The position numbers and the translations under genes were made by a program. A DNA stretch of 64,000 nucleotides from Squalus acanthias. Taxonomy: Eukaryota. The notes under the pieces were generated by a model that did no database searches, had not been told where the DNA came from, and worked only from the letters and a program-made list of their open reading frames with translations. The stretch is from contig CM059432.1 of assembly GCA_030390025.1 (NCBI GenBank), forward strand, positions 56,174,001 through 56,238,000. Direction: 5' to 3'. Of the stretch, positions 24,522 through 37,988 are shown piece by piece (the first letter of the stretch is position 1; each line of letters starts with the position of its first letter).

Positions 24522-26825
24522 GTCAAGTGGAGCAAGTGTCAGTAGGTGAACATTTAGGGAACAGTGATCATAGTATCATAAGGTTTAGATTAGCTATGGA
24601 AAAGGTCAGGGAGCAATCTAGAGTAAGAATGTTTAACTGGGGGAAGGCCAATTTCAGTGGGTTGAGAACAGATCGGACCCGGAATCAAAGATTGGCAGGT
24701 AAAACTGTAGTGGAACAATGGGCTGCCTTTAAAGAGGAAATAGTTCAGGTACAGTTGAGATACATTCCCACGAGGAGGAAAGGTAGGGCAACTAAAGTCA
24801 GAGCTCCCTGGGTGACAAAACAGATAGCCAATATGATGAAGCAGAAAAAGCACGCATATGACAGATGTCAGTTTGCAAATACATCTGAGAATCAGGCTAT
24901 ATACAGAAAGGTCAGAGGAGAAGTGAAAAAGAAAATAAGAGGGGCAAAGAGAGGGTATGAAAATAGAATGGCAGACAACATAAAAGGTAATCCAAAAGTC
25001 TTCTATAGGTATATATATATATATATAGTAAAAGGGTAGTAAGAGAAAGGGTGGGGCCGATTAGGGACCAAAAAGGAGACCTATGCATGGAGGCAGAGGG
25101 TATGGCTGAGGTACTAAATGAGTACTTTGCATCTGTCTTCACCAAGGAAGAGGATACTGCCATAGACATAGTGAAGGAGGAGGTAGTGGAGACACTTGAT
25201 AGTATAAAAATTGATAAAGAAGAGGTATTAGTAAGGCTGGCTGTACTTAAAGTTGATAAGTCACCAAGAACGATGGGATGCATCCTGGGATGCTGAGGGA
25301 ATTGAGGGCGGAAATCGCGGAGGTACTGGCCATAATATTCCAATCCTCCATAGATACGGGGGGTGGTGCTAGAGGACTGGAGAATCGCAAATGTTACACC
25401 ATTGTTCAAAAAAGGGTGTAAAGATAAACCCAGCAACTACAGGCCAGTCAGTTTAACCTCAGTAGTGGGGAAGCTTTTAGAAACAGTAATCAGGGACAAA
25501 ATTAACAGTCACTTGGATAGGTGTGGATTAATTAATGAAAGCCAGCACGGATTTGTTAAAGGCAAATCGTGTTTAACCAACTTGATCAAGTTTTTGGATG
25601 AGGTAACAGAGAGGGATGATGAGGGTAATGCAGTTGACTTGGTGTACATGGATTTCCAAAAGGCGTTCAACAAAGTGCCACATAATAGGCTCACCAGCAA
25701 AGTTGAAGCCCATGGAATAAAAGGGACAGTGGTAGCATGGATACGAAATTGGCTAAGTGACAGGAAACAGAGAGTAGTGGTGAATGGTTGTTTTTTGGAC
25801 TGGAGGAAGGTATTCAGTGGTGTTCCCCAGGGGTCGGTTCTAGGACCACTTCTTGATATATATTAATGACTTAGACGTGGGTGTACTGGACACAATTTCA
25901 AAATTTGCAGATGACACAAAACTTGGAAGTAGAGTGAACATTGAGGAGGAGAGTGATAGACTTCAGGAAGACATAAAAAGGCTGGTGAAATGGGTGGACA
26001 CGTGGCAGATGAAATTTAACGCAGAAAAGTGTGAAGTGATACATTTTGGTAGAAAGAATGTGGAGAGGACATATAAACTAAATGGTACAATCCTGAAGTG
26101 GGTGCACGAACAGAGAGACCTGGGGGTATGTGTGCACAAATTGTTGAAGGTGCCAGGGCAGGTTGAGAAAGCAGTTAAAAAGGCTTACGGGATCCTGGGC
26201 TTCATGAGGTATAGAGTACAAAAGCGTGGAAATTATGATGATCCTGTATAAAACACTGGTTCAGCCCCAACTGGAGTACTGTGTCTAATTCTGGGCACCA
26301 CACTTTAGGAAGGATGTGAAGGCCTTAGAGAGGGTGCAGAAAAGATTTACGAGAATGATTCCAGGAATGAGGGACTTCAGTTACGTTGATAGACTGGAGA
26401 AGCTGGGGTTGTTCTCCTTGGAGCAGAGAAGATTGAGAGGAGATTTGATAGAGGTGTTCAAAATCATGAGGGATCTGGACAGAGTAGATAGAGGGAAACT
26501 GTTCCCATTGGCAGATGGGTCGAGAACCAGAGGACACAGATTTAAGGTGATTGGCAAAAGAACCAAAGGCGACGTAAAAAAAACCTTTTTTACGCAGCGA
26601 GTAGTTAAGATCTGGAATGCACTGCCTAAAAGAGTGCTGGAGGCAGACTCAATCTTATCTTTCAAAAGGGTGTTGGATAAGTATCTGAAGGAAAAAAAAA
26701 TTTGCAGGGCTACAGGGAAAAGGCGGAGGAGTGGGACTAGCTGAGGTGCTCTTGCAGAGAGCTGGCACGGGCTCGACGGGCCGAACGTCCTTCTTCCGTG
26801 CTGTAACCATTCTATGATTCTATGA
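24522..26825 (+). mobile_element. 5'-truncated CR1 LINE (ORF2 with frameshifts)
   Basis: ORFs 24488..26744 carry HLGNSDH, RT ([17 protein letters not shown]) and the C-terminus; tail (ATTCTATG)n. Confidence 0.93.
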
Positions 26826-27106
26826 CCACATTACACAGAGCGCAACAGTACAGTCCTCATCTAACCTATCTTTTCCTATGGATTTCATATGTGCCAACCT
26901 AGAACATGAGCAAAAGCTTACCAACAACTTTTTAAAAAATGACACAGCCCCAAAAAGCTAACAGTTCAAAAAAGCGATGAATATAGACATGTGACACGAG
27001 AACAAGGAGGTGAGTGACAGTGTAGTGGGAGATGGGCTGGCACATCCTACACTGCAAGTATACTCAACATTCCGGAACTTTAATTGCAGTACATGTTAAA
27101 GAAGAA

Positions 27107-27510
27107 AGAAAGACTTGCATTTCTATAGCGCCTTTCACATCCTCAGGATGTCCCAAAGCGCTTTACAACCAATTAAGTATTTTGAAGTGTAGTCACTGTT
27201 GTAATGTAGTAAACATGGCAGCCAGGTTATGCACAGCAAGGTCCCACAAACAGCAATGTGATAATGATCAGATAATCTGTTTTAGTGATGTTGGTTGAGG
27301 AATAAATATTGGCCGGTATACTGGGGAGAACGCCCCTGGCTCTTCTTTGAAATAGTGCCATGGGATCTTTTATGTCCACCTGAGAAGGTAGACGGAGCCC
27401 TCAGTTTAACGTCTCATCTGAAAGACAGCACTTCTGACAGTGCAGCACTCCCTCAGTACTGCACTGGAGTGTCAGCCTAGATTTATGTGCTCAAGTCTCT
27501 GGAGTGGGAC
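27107..27510 (-). mobile_element. Deu-domain SINE (SacSINE1-like) with an L2-type tail
   Basis: Reverse-complement homologue of 52352-52803; tail ...GCGCTATAGAAATGCAAGTCTTTC. Confidence 0.75.
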
Positions 27511-29231
27511 AAAATGAGAAAAATTTCAAATGCCTTCCTGAACCAGCGCAATTGGCAGAATCTCGCAATTTTGACCTGGGGCGTGGCCAGTTTTGTGGGC
27601 GGGGTCTTATTTGGGCAACTGAAATCTTGAACCAACATAAAAGATTGTGGAAAATACGAACGTAAGTGGTTTTGGGCGTAACTCACTTACATTTGAAAGT
27701 CCCCGATCTTTTAAGCTGGTTCAGCCGATTCCGCCCGGATTATGCTTCTATAACTAGCTGGAGTTCATTTTTTGAAACAAAAACAACCAATTGGTTGAAT
27801 TTTGAAACAAACTGCCTCCAATTACCACTTGATTACGACTTGTGCTAGGTTGACAGAAAATGCTAATGTTTTAATTCATGACACCCATCAGACAAAGGGG
27901 TGGGAGCGGTTCAGATACAGAGGGGGCTATATTCGATAGCTTAAGCTCATACCTTCTCACTTACCCTCATCCCACAATCTTTTCTGATTTACAAGCTGCA
28001 GATGGTGTAAGCATGCACCTCTTGCTTTCTCCCCCTCCCCTTACCACAACCTTACTCTTGTGCCTTTCTCCTTTAAGATACCCAAGAACTGCAACCTGGC
28101 CAGGCAGAGGTGGAAGAGCAACAAGACAGTGATGATGAAGAAACACCATCACTCAATTTCACACTCGCAGCCGCCAGCTCAGATACTGACACTGCGCGTA
28201 ATTCAGAGGATAGCATACAGGCGTGATCTGCACATGGTGAGACACTGGACACGAGTGACCTGCAGCCAGGGCAGGGGGAAACGATAGCGCAGGTGCCAGC
28301 TCGCCGGAGGGCAGCCTACAGAAGAAGGCTGATGGGTATGCACAATGAAATGCTTGGTGCATTGGGAAGCCTGCCAGAAAGCCTGCGTGCAATGTCAAGG
28401 AGCATGGAGGAGTCTGGAACCAACTTGGCACAGGACTTTACACACTGCTTGGAGCCCATCCTTTCCAGCATGGAAGTGGTAGCCAACTCCATTAGTACAC
28501 TTATGGACCCAACCGTGATGCAGTGTCTTGACGGCTGATGTCTCAGCTTCCAGTGTAGCACAAGCAGCAGCCACCCAACGTCTGAGTGCTGCAGTGGAAG
28601 TGCTGACTGCTGCCATCATGGCTGTGGATTCCAGTGTTCAAAGGAGCTTTCAGGGTGTCACAGCAGTCCAGCAATCTATCCTCTAACAGATTACTAGGAT
28701 TGCTGAGGTGCCGCCCAGGGGATTGGCAGTGGCTCTGTGGAGCACGAACCTGCTGTCCTCTCTCAGGATTACAGTATTCGTCCTCCCACCCCTGCCACTC
28801 CGCCAGTGCCCTTGCTGTTGCCTGTCAGCTAGCCAGCCCAGACTGCTGCCGCTCATGCCGAGATAGTGCAGGCTGCAGCCGGCCATTATAGGCCCAGAGT
28901 TGCTCAAGGTCATCCTCCAAGGCTATCTGCAGTCTCCTCCACTTAAACTCAGCAGTCTTCCACCATCCATGCTGCAGCTACTGGGGTAGCACTGCGTAAC
29001 AGCACTAGGACAGGCAAAGGCACATGAAAGACAGGCACTAAGGGAATGCACAAGGGTGATTAGTTTACGTTTGTATGCAATATGGGATGATTTCATTTAT
29101 AAATTTGGTTTGGAATGTTTATTTTTTGTTAGCTTTTATTTTTGCATTGTAGCCAAGCGGACGCTGTGATTGTCAGTGACAGAGAAAGGTAAGGTGTGGG
29201 ACTGTTGGTGAATGGGGAATTGGGGTTGTGT

Positions 29232-30307
29232 TTACTGGTATCATACTTGGCTGAGTTCTTCACAGACAGCCCGGCCAGAAAGGGGCTGTCTAGTTTGCCT
29301 CCTCCCTTACTCTTCCTCTTCCTCATGCTCCTGCTCCTCATGTTCCTGCTCCTCAGCTGGTCACCATATAGCTGGTGGCAAGGGCTGTGCCCTCATGATG
29401 GCGAGGTTGTGCAGCATGCAGCAGACCACCACGAATCTTGACACCCGCTCTGCTGAATACTGCAGGGCTCATCCAGAGTGGTCCTGGCAACGGAAGCGTT
29501 GTTTCAGCACACCAATGGTCTGCTCTATCACGTTTCGTGAGGCAGTCTGGCTTTCACTGTATGGATGCTGCACACGTGTGCATGGGTTGCGCACCAGAGC
29601 CATGTCATCAGCGGATAGCCCTTGTCGCCCAGTAGCCTCCCTTTGGTTTGCTGTGGTGGCTCAAATGCAGATGGCACATGCAGAATGTAGGCACCATGAC
29701 TGCTTCCAGAATACCGGGCATGATTCGCTGCCTATGGTTGCACACCAGCTGGAAGTTGAGGGAGTGGAATCCCTTTTGGTTGCGGGACATGTCAGAGTTG
29801 ACATGTGGTGCCTGCAAAGCGACGTGTGTGCAGTCAATGGCACCCTGCACCATGGGGAAACCTGCAATCCTAGTGAAGCCATGTGTTCGCTCCGCCTGTT
29901 GGTCTCTGGCAAGAGAGAATGAAATGTAGTCAGCTCTTTTTGAATATAGAGTCACAGTGGACAATAAACTGCGAGATGTTTTAAATATCTCCAGCTCCAG
30001 CCTGGAAGGAGCCCGACGCGTAAAAGTTCATCACCACAGCCACTGACAATGCGGTTCTCGCCCTGCTCTGAGGTTGCAGTTGTGGCTGCAGCAGGTGGCA
30101 GGTTTCAGCACATTGTTCCTCGCTGAGGTTCAGGTAGGAGAATTGCTCCCTGAACACCCTTGGTGGATATGGCATCTTGCTGAGAGCCCTTCTCCCCCTC
30201 CTCCCTCTTCCAGCAGCTTGTCCTGCTCTGCGTGGCCTCTGTTCATTCTCCAAGTCATGCTGTATTCCAAGGAGAATTCCTACGAGTGCGCCCATGTCTG
30301 TCAGCAA
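29232..30307 (-). pseudogene. Harbinger (HARBI1-like, DDE_Tnp_4) transposase, frameshifted
   Basis: Fragments RVFREQFSYLNLSEEQC, IAGFPMVQGAIDCTHV, NQKGFHSLNFQLVC, WLLGDKGYPL and IEQTIGVLKQRFRC...CCMLHNLAI spread across frames. Confidence 0.88.
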
Positions 30308-30478
30308 GTGGTTTGTGCAGAAGCCTTGAAGTCAGGAAAATGTCCTTCAGCACGTGCCACACCATTCCCTGTAGACTTTAGCAACTTAAAACAACTATAG
30401 AAAGCATCAAACACTTGTAGAATTGTAGCAACAGCTAGTAGAAATCAATTAGCAACTAACCTGTAAGTAGGTGATAAT

Positions 30479-30599
30479 CAACGTTCCCCTTAAGCTGCGT
30501 GGCCGCACAGGCCGCTCACCAGCTGTAACACTGGAAAAGATACCACGTAGCAAATTTAAAGGGACTGTGCTCCTAAAATAAAAATTAGAGGGAACATAG
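30479..30599. mobile_element. 121-bp hAT-like MITE nested in the Harbinger element
   Basis: TIRs CAACGTTCCCCTTAA / TTAGAGGGAACATAG (11/15); 8-bp TSD GTGATAAT / GTGATGAG (6/8). Confidence 0.6.
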
Positions 30600-31169
30600 G
30601 TGATGAGTCCTTTAAATAGCGCTGGTGGGGGGTTCTTCCTGCTGCTGAACGCGTGTTCAGCTGTGTGAGCTTAAGAGAGGGCGTCAGCTGGAACGTTGAG
30701 CTCTAAAATGGCAGCACTGGCATCAAATCAGCGTTGCATGCTGACTGACGTCATGATTTGCCTACTCTGCATACTTACGTTGGACACTCACTGTGCACAC
30801 GTTAACGCGCTCACCAATAAGGCGTCCAGTGCTACTCGCACCAGAAATGTGTGCGTGCGCGCCACGGTCACTATTTTGGACCTCTAAGGACACTTGTAGT
30901 GCACAAAAACAGGCGCTACGGATCCAAATTTTATAGCCAGAATCTTTAATTTGCACCTGATCACATCTGTTATGTTAAGAGTTAGGAAATATTGATATTC
31001 TAATTAGTAACACATGAGTGACACTTGTGAGATACAGGAGAGGGGGAGTCACGACGGGAAAGAGAGACAGAGAGTCTTTCCTCCTTTTAATTTGAGTTTT
31101 CTTTCTTCAAACATAATAACATAAAAACATAGGAATAGGAGTAGGCCATTCAGCCCCTGGAGCCTGTTA

Positions 31170-33848
31170 TAGAATCATAGAATGGTTGCAGCACAGCAGG
31201 AGGCCAATCGGCCTGTCGAGCCCGTGCTGGCTCTCTGCAAGAGCACTTCAGCTAGTCCCACTCCCCCGCCCTTTCCCCGTAGCCATGCAAATTTTTTTCC
31301 TTCAGGTACTTATCCAATTTCCTTTTGAAAGCCACAATTGAGTCTGCCTCCACCACCCTTTCGGGCAGTGCATTCCAGATCTTAATCACTCGCTGCGTAA
31401 AAAAGTATTTCCTCATGTCGTCTTTGATACTTTTTCCAAACACCTTAAATCTATGTCCTCTGGTTCTCAACCCTTCGCCAATGGGAACAGTTTCTCTCAG
31501 TCTAGACCCCTCATGATTTTAAATACCTCTATCAACTCTCCTCTCAACCTTCACTACTCTAAGGAGAACAACCCAACTTCTCCAATCTATCCCTGGAATC
31601 ATTCTTGTAAATCTTTTCTGCACCCTCTCTAAGGCCTTCACATCCTTCCTAAAGTGCGGTGCCCAGAATTGGACACAATACTCCAGTTGAGGCCGAACCA
31701 GTGTTTTATAAAGGTTCATCATAACTTCCTTGCTTTTGTACTCTATGCCACTATTTATGAAGCCCAGGATCCCGTAAGCCTTTTTAACTGCTTTCTCAAC
31801 CTGCCCTGCCACCTTCAACAATTTGTGCACAGGTCTCTCTGTTCATGCACCCACTTCAGGATTGTACCCTTTAGTTTATATTGCCTCTCCTCATTCTTCC
31901 TACCAAAATGTATCACTTTGCACTTTTCTGCGTTAAATTTCATCTGTCAAGTGTCCGCCCATTTCACCAGCCTGTCTATGTCTTCTTGAAGTCTATCACT
32001 ATCCTCCTCACTGTTCACTATACTTCCAAGTTTTGTCCCATCTGCAAATTTTGAAATTGTGCCCTGTACTCCCAAGTCCAAGTCATTAATATATATCAAG
32101 AAAAGCAGTGGTCCTAGTACCGGCCCCTGAGGAACACCATTGTGTACCTTCCTGCAGTCCGAAAAACAACCGTTCACCACTGCTCTCTGTTTCCTGTCAC
32201 TTAACCAATTTTGTATCCATGCTGCCACTGTCCCTTTCATTCCATGGGCTTGAACTATGCTGGCAAGCCTATTATGTGGCACTTTATCAAACGCCTTTTG
32301 GAAATCTATATACACCACGGCAATTGCATTGCCCTCATCAACCCTTTCAGTTACCTCATCAAAAAACTCAATCAAGTTAGTTAAACACGATTTGTCTTTA
32401 ACAAATCCGTGCTGGCTTTCCTTAATTAATCCACACTTGTCTGACTGTTAACTTTGTCCCTGATTATCATTTCTAAAAGCATCCCCACTACTGAGGTTAA
32501 ACTGACTGGCCTGTAGTTGCTGGGTTTATCCTTACACCCTTTTTTGAATTTCTGCGGCCTGGAGGAGTCCGTGTTTCATATTTATACGGAGTGTGAGAGG
32601 TTGCAGCCCCTCTTTCATTACTTGAAGGGGCTGCTCCTCAATTTCTGGTTGCACTTCAGCCCCACGCTCCTGATCTACGGTCACCCGGTGCGGAGGGGAG
32701 TGGGCAGGTCGGAGGACCTCCTCGTGGGACTGCTCCTGGGCCTGGCTAAAAAAGCCATTAATTGGTCCAGGCAGCGGGCGGTCGAGGGGGTCGTTCGGCC
32801 TGATTGCCTGCCTCTCTTCCGCGGCCATGTTCGCGCCCGGGTGGCCCTGGAGATGGAGCACGCGGTGTCCGCCGGCACGCTTGAGTTTTTCCGCGACCGG
32901 TGGGCGCCGCGGGGACTGGAGTGCATCGTCACCCCGGGCTACCAAATTTTAATTTAAATGGTAAAGTTTCCTTTGAAGTTTTATTGATTTACAGTCATTT
33001 GGTTTAGTACCCATACAAAAGAGTACACCCTTTTTGAACAAGGGTGTAACATTTGCAATTCTCCAGTCCTCTGGCACCACCCACGTATCAAAGGAGGATT
33101 GGAGGATTATGGTCAGTACCTCCGCGATTTCCTCCTTAACCTCCCTCAGCATCCGAGGATGCATCCCAACCAGTCCTGGTGACTTATCAACTTTAAGTGT
33201 AGACAGCCTTTCTAGTACCTCCTCTTTTTCAATTTTTATCTCATCCAGTATCTCCACTACCTCCTCTTTCACTATGACTTTGGCAGCATCTTCTTCCTTG
33301 GTGAAGACAGATGCAAAGTACTCATTTGTACCTCAGCCATGCCCTCTGCCTCCTTTTTGGTCCCTAATCAGCCTCAGCCCTCCTCTTGCTACCCGTTTAT
33401 TATTTTAATGCCTAGAGAAGACTTTTGAATTCCCTTTTATGTTAGCTGCCAATCAATTCTCATACTCTCTCTTTGTCCCTCTTATTTTCTTTTTCTCTTC
33501 CCCTCTGAACTTTCCATATTCAGCCTGATTCTCACTTGTATTGTCAACGTGACATCTGTCATACGCCCCCTTTTTCTACTTCATCTTATTCTCTATCTCT
33601 TTCAAAATCCAGGGAGCCCTTGCTTTAGTTGCCCTACCATTCCCCCTCGTAGGAATGTACCTCGACTGTACCCGAACCATCTCCTCTTTAAAGGCAGCCC
33701 ATTGTTCGATTACAGTTTTGCCTGCCAATCTTTGATTCCAATTTACCCGGGCCAGATCCGTTCTTAACCCACTGAAATTTGCCTTCCTGCAATGAAGTAT
33801 TTTTACTCTAGATTGCTCCCTGTCCTTTTCCATAGCTAATCTAAACCT
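31170..33848 (-). mobile_element. CR1 LINE 3' half (host of the nested stack)
   Basis: ORFs 31252..33908 are ORF2 pieces; the sequence breaks at ...AGGTTTAGATTAGC. Confidence 0.9.
32549..33023 (+). mobile_element. Tx1/L1-clade LINE 3' fragment inserted in CR1
   Basis: ORF 32517..32957 has a zf-RVT-like segment CGLEESVFHIYTEC and a Tx1-like C-terminus; TSD TACACCCTTTTT(T)GAA at 32533-32548 and 33024-33038. Confidence 0.85.
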
Positions 33849-34948
33849 TTTTTTAAAAATGTGTTTTATTTGTTTATGGGATGTGGGCATCGCTGGCAAG
33901 GCCAGCATTTATTGCCCATCCCTAATTGCCCTTGAGAAGGTGGTGGTGAGCTGCCTTCTTGAACCGCTGCAGTCCGTGTGGTGAAGGTACTCCCACAGTG
34001 CTGTTAGGTAGGGAGTTCCAGGATTTTGACCCAGTGACGATGAAGGATTGGCGATATACTTCTAAGTCAGGATGGTGTGTGACTTGGAGGGGAACTTGGA
34101 GGTGGTGGTGTTCCCATGCGCCTGCTGCCCTTCTCCTTCTAGGTGGAAGAGGTCACGGGTTTGGGAGGTGCTTCCGAAGAAGCCTTGGCGAGTTGCTGCA
34201 GTGCATCTTGTAGATGGTACACACTGCAGCCATGGTACATTGATGGTGGAGGGAGTGAATTTTTAAGGTGGTGGATGGGGTGCCAATCAAGTGGGCTGCT
34301 TTGCCCTGGATGGTGTCGAGCTTCTTGAGTGTTGTTGGAGCTGCACTCATCCAGGTAAGTGGAGAGAATTCCATCACACTCCTTACTTGTGCTTTGTAGA
34401 TGGTGGAAAGGCTTTGGAGAGTCAGGAGGTGAGACACTCGCCACAGAATACCTAGCCTCTGACCTGCTCTTGTTGCCACAGTATTTATGTGGCTGGTCCA
34501 GTTAAGTTTTTGATCAATGGTTACCCCCAGGATGTTGATGGTAGGGAATTCGGCGATGGTAATACCGTTGAATGTCATGGGGAGGTGGTTAGACTCTTGC
34601 TTGTTGGAGACAGTCATTGCCTGGCACTTCTGTGGCGCGAATGTTACCTGCCACTTCTCAGCCCAAGCCTGAACGTCGTCCAGGTCTGCTTCATTATCTG
34701 AGGAGGTGTGAATGGCGCTGAACACTATGCAGTCATCAGCGAACATCCCCATTTCTGACCCTTTGTTGGAGGGAAGGTCATTGATGAAGCAGCTGAAAAT
34801 GGTTGGGTCTAGGACACTGCCCTGAGGAACTCCTGCAGCGATGTCCTGGGGCTGTGATGACTGACCTTCAACCACCACAACCATCTTCCTTTGTGCTAGG
34901 TATGACTCCAGCCAGTGGAGCGTTTTCCCCCCCGATTCCCAATGACTT
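33849..34948 (-). mobile_element. Second LINE family (CR1/L2-group, distinct from the main CR1s), 3' part
   Basis: ORF 34153..34884 is RT ([12 protein letters not shown]); 3' tail ...CCCACATCCCATAAACAAATAAAA; homologous to 53172-55445. Confidence 0.9.
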
Positions 34949-37900
34949 CATAGAAACATAGAAGATAGGAGCAGGAGTAGGCCATTCGGCCCCTCGAGCC
35001 TGCTCCGCCATTTAATGAGATCATGGCTGATCATCCAAATTCAGTACCCTGTCCCTGCTTTCTCCCCATATCCCTTGATCCCTTTAGCCTTAAGAAATAT
35101 ATCAATCTCCTTCTTGAATATATTTCATGAATTGGCCTCAACTGCCTTCTGTGGTAGAGAATTCCACAGGTTCACCACTCTCTGGGTGAAGAAATTCCTC
35201 CTCATCTCAGTCCTAAATGGCTTACCCCTTATCCTTAGACTGTGACCTCTGGTTCTGGACTCCACCGCCATCGGGAACATCCTTCCTGCATCTAGTCTGT
35301 CTAGTCCTGTTAGAATTTTATAAGTTTCAATGAGATCCCCTCTCATTCTTTGAAACTCTAGTGAATATAAGCCTAATCGACCCAATCTCTCTTCATACGT
35401 CATTCCTGCCATCCCAGGTATCAGTCTGGTAAATCTTCGCTGCACTCCCTCCATGGCAAGAACATCCTTCCTCAGATAAGGCGACCAAAACTGCACACAA
35501 TACTCAAGGTGTGGTCTCACCAAGGCTTTGTACAACTGCAGCAAGACATCCTTGCTCCTGTACTCGAATCCTCTCACTATGAAGGCCAACATACCATTTG
35601 CCTTCTTAACCGCCTGCTGCACCTGCATGCTTACCTTCAGCGACTGGTGCACAAGGACTCCCAGATCTCGTTGCACTTCCCCTTTTCCCAATCTATTGCC
35701 GTTCAGATAATAATCTGTCTTCCTGTTTTTGCCACCAAAGTGGATAACCTCGCATTTATCCACATTATATTGCATCTGCCATGCATCTGCCCAATCACCC
35801 AACCTGTCCAAATCATACTGGAGTTTCTCTGCATCCTCCTCACAGCACACACGCCCACCCAGCTTTGTGTCATCTGCAAACTTAGAGATATTACATCTAG
35901 TTCCCTCGTCTAGATCATTAATAAAAATTGTGAATAGCTGGGGTCCTAGCACCGATCCTTGTGGTACCCCACTAGTCACTGCCTGCCACTCGGAAAAAGA
36001 CCCGTTTATTCCAACTCTTTGCTTCATGTCTGCCAACTAGTTCTCTATCCAAATCAGTACCTCACCCCCAATCCCATGTGCTTTAACTTTGCACGCTAAT
36101 CTCCTATGCGGGACCTTATCGAAAGCCTTCTGAAAGTCCAAATACACCACATCCACTGTTTCTCCCTTATCTATTCTACCAGTTACATCCTCAAAAAATT
36201 CCAGTGGATTAGTCAGGCATGATTTCCCTTTTGTAAATCCATGTTGACTTTGTCCGATCCTGTCACTGTTTTCCAAGTGCTCTGCTATTACATCTTTTAC
36301 AATGGACTCTAGCATTTTGCCCGTTTTCTCTCTACCACCTTTTTAAAATAGTGGGGTTACATTAGCTATCCTCCAATCCATGGGAACTGTTCCAGAGTCT
36401 ATAGAATTTTGGAAGATGACCAACAATGCATCTACTATTTCTAGGGCCACTTCCTTAAGTACCCTAGGATGTAGATTATCAGGCCCTGGGGATTTATTGG
36501 CCTTCAATCCCGTCAATTTCCCTAACACCATTTCCCTACAAATACTGATTTCATTCAATTCCTCCCTCTCATTTGACCCTATGTTCCCCGACATCTCTGG
36601 GAGTTTATTTGTCTCCTCCTTTGTGAAGACAGAACCAAAGTATGTACTTAATTCGTCAGCCATTTCTTTGTTCCCCATTATAAATTGCCCTGATTCTGAC
36701 TGCAAGGGACCTACGCTTGACTTCACTAATCTTTTTCTCTTCACATATCTATAGAAGCTTTTACAGTCAGTTTTTATGTTCCCTGAAAGCTTACTCTCAT
36801 ATTCTATTTTCCCACTCTTAATTAATCCCTTTGTCCTCCTTTGCTGAATCCTAAACTGCTCCCAATCCTCAGGTTTGCTGCTTTTTCTGGCCAATTTATA
36901 TGTCCTCTCCTTGGATCTTATGCTATCCCTAATTTCCCTTGTTAGCCACGGTTGAGTCACCTTTTTTGTTTTATTTTTATGCCAAACAGGGATGAACAAA
37001 TTCTGTCATTTATCCATGCGATCTTTAAATGTTTGCCATTGCCTATCCACCGTCAACCCTTTAAGTAACGCTCCCCAATCCATCCTAGCCAACTCGCACC
37101 TCATACCATCGTAGTTTCTTTTATTTAAATTCAGGACCCTAGTCTCTGAGTTAACTACTTCACTCTCCATCTTAATGAAGAATTCTATCATATTATGATC
37201 GCTCCTCCCCAAGGGGCCTCGCACAACAAGATTGCTAATTAATCCTTTCTCATTACATAATACCCAATCTAAGATGGCCTGATCTCTAGTTGGTTCCTTG
37301 ACATATTGGTCCAGGAAACCATCCCGTATACACTCTAGGAATTCCTCCTCCACAGTATTGTAACTAATTTGGTTAGCCCAATCTATATGTAGATTAAAGT
37401 CACCCATGATAACTGCTGTGCCCTTATTGCACGCGTCTCTAATTTCCCATTTAATGCCATCCCCAACCTCAGCATTACTGTTTGGGGGTCTGTATACAAC
37501 TCCCACTAACGTTTTCTGCCCCTTGGTATTTCTGAGCTCTACCCATACAGATTCCACATCATCAGAGCTAATATCCTTCCTTACTATTGTGTTAATCTCC
37601 TCTTTAACCAGCAATGCTACCCCACCGCCTTTTCCTTTTTGTCTGTCCTTCCTGAATATTGAATACCCCTGGATGTTGAATTCCCAGCCTTGGTCACCCT
37701 GGAGCTATGTCTCCGTAATCCCGATCATATCATATCCAGTTACATCTATTTGCGCAGCTAATTCACCCACCTTATTACGAATGCTCCTCGCATTAAGACA
37801 CAAAGCCTTCAGGCTTGTTTTTTTAACACTCTTAGTCCTTTTAGAATTATTATTTACTGTAGCCCTGTTTGATTTACACCCTTGATTTCTCTGCCTTCCA

Positions 37901-37988
37901 CTTTTGCTTTTCTCCTTCCTGTCTTTTGCTTCTATCCTTGCTTCCCTTTCCTTTGTTTCCCTGCACAGGTTCCCAATCCCCTGCCATT

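Larger units (their letters stand above)
27975..30938. mobile_element. Decayed autonomous PIF/Harbinger transposon; left end not found
   Basis: Transposase pseudogene on minus, convergent GC-rich coding-like remnant on plus (~28060-29060), and right terminus ...AAATTTTATAGCC at 30938. Confidence 0.75.

Noticed and set aside
29232..30307. Host HARBI1 gene
   Set aside because: Multiple frameshifts and deletions inside a transposon-like context indicate a dead transposase, not the domesticated gene.
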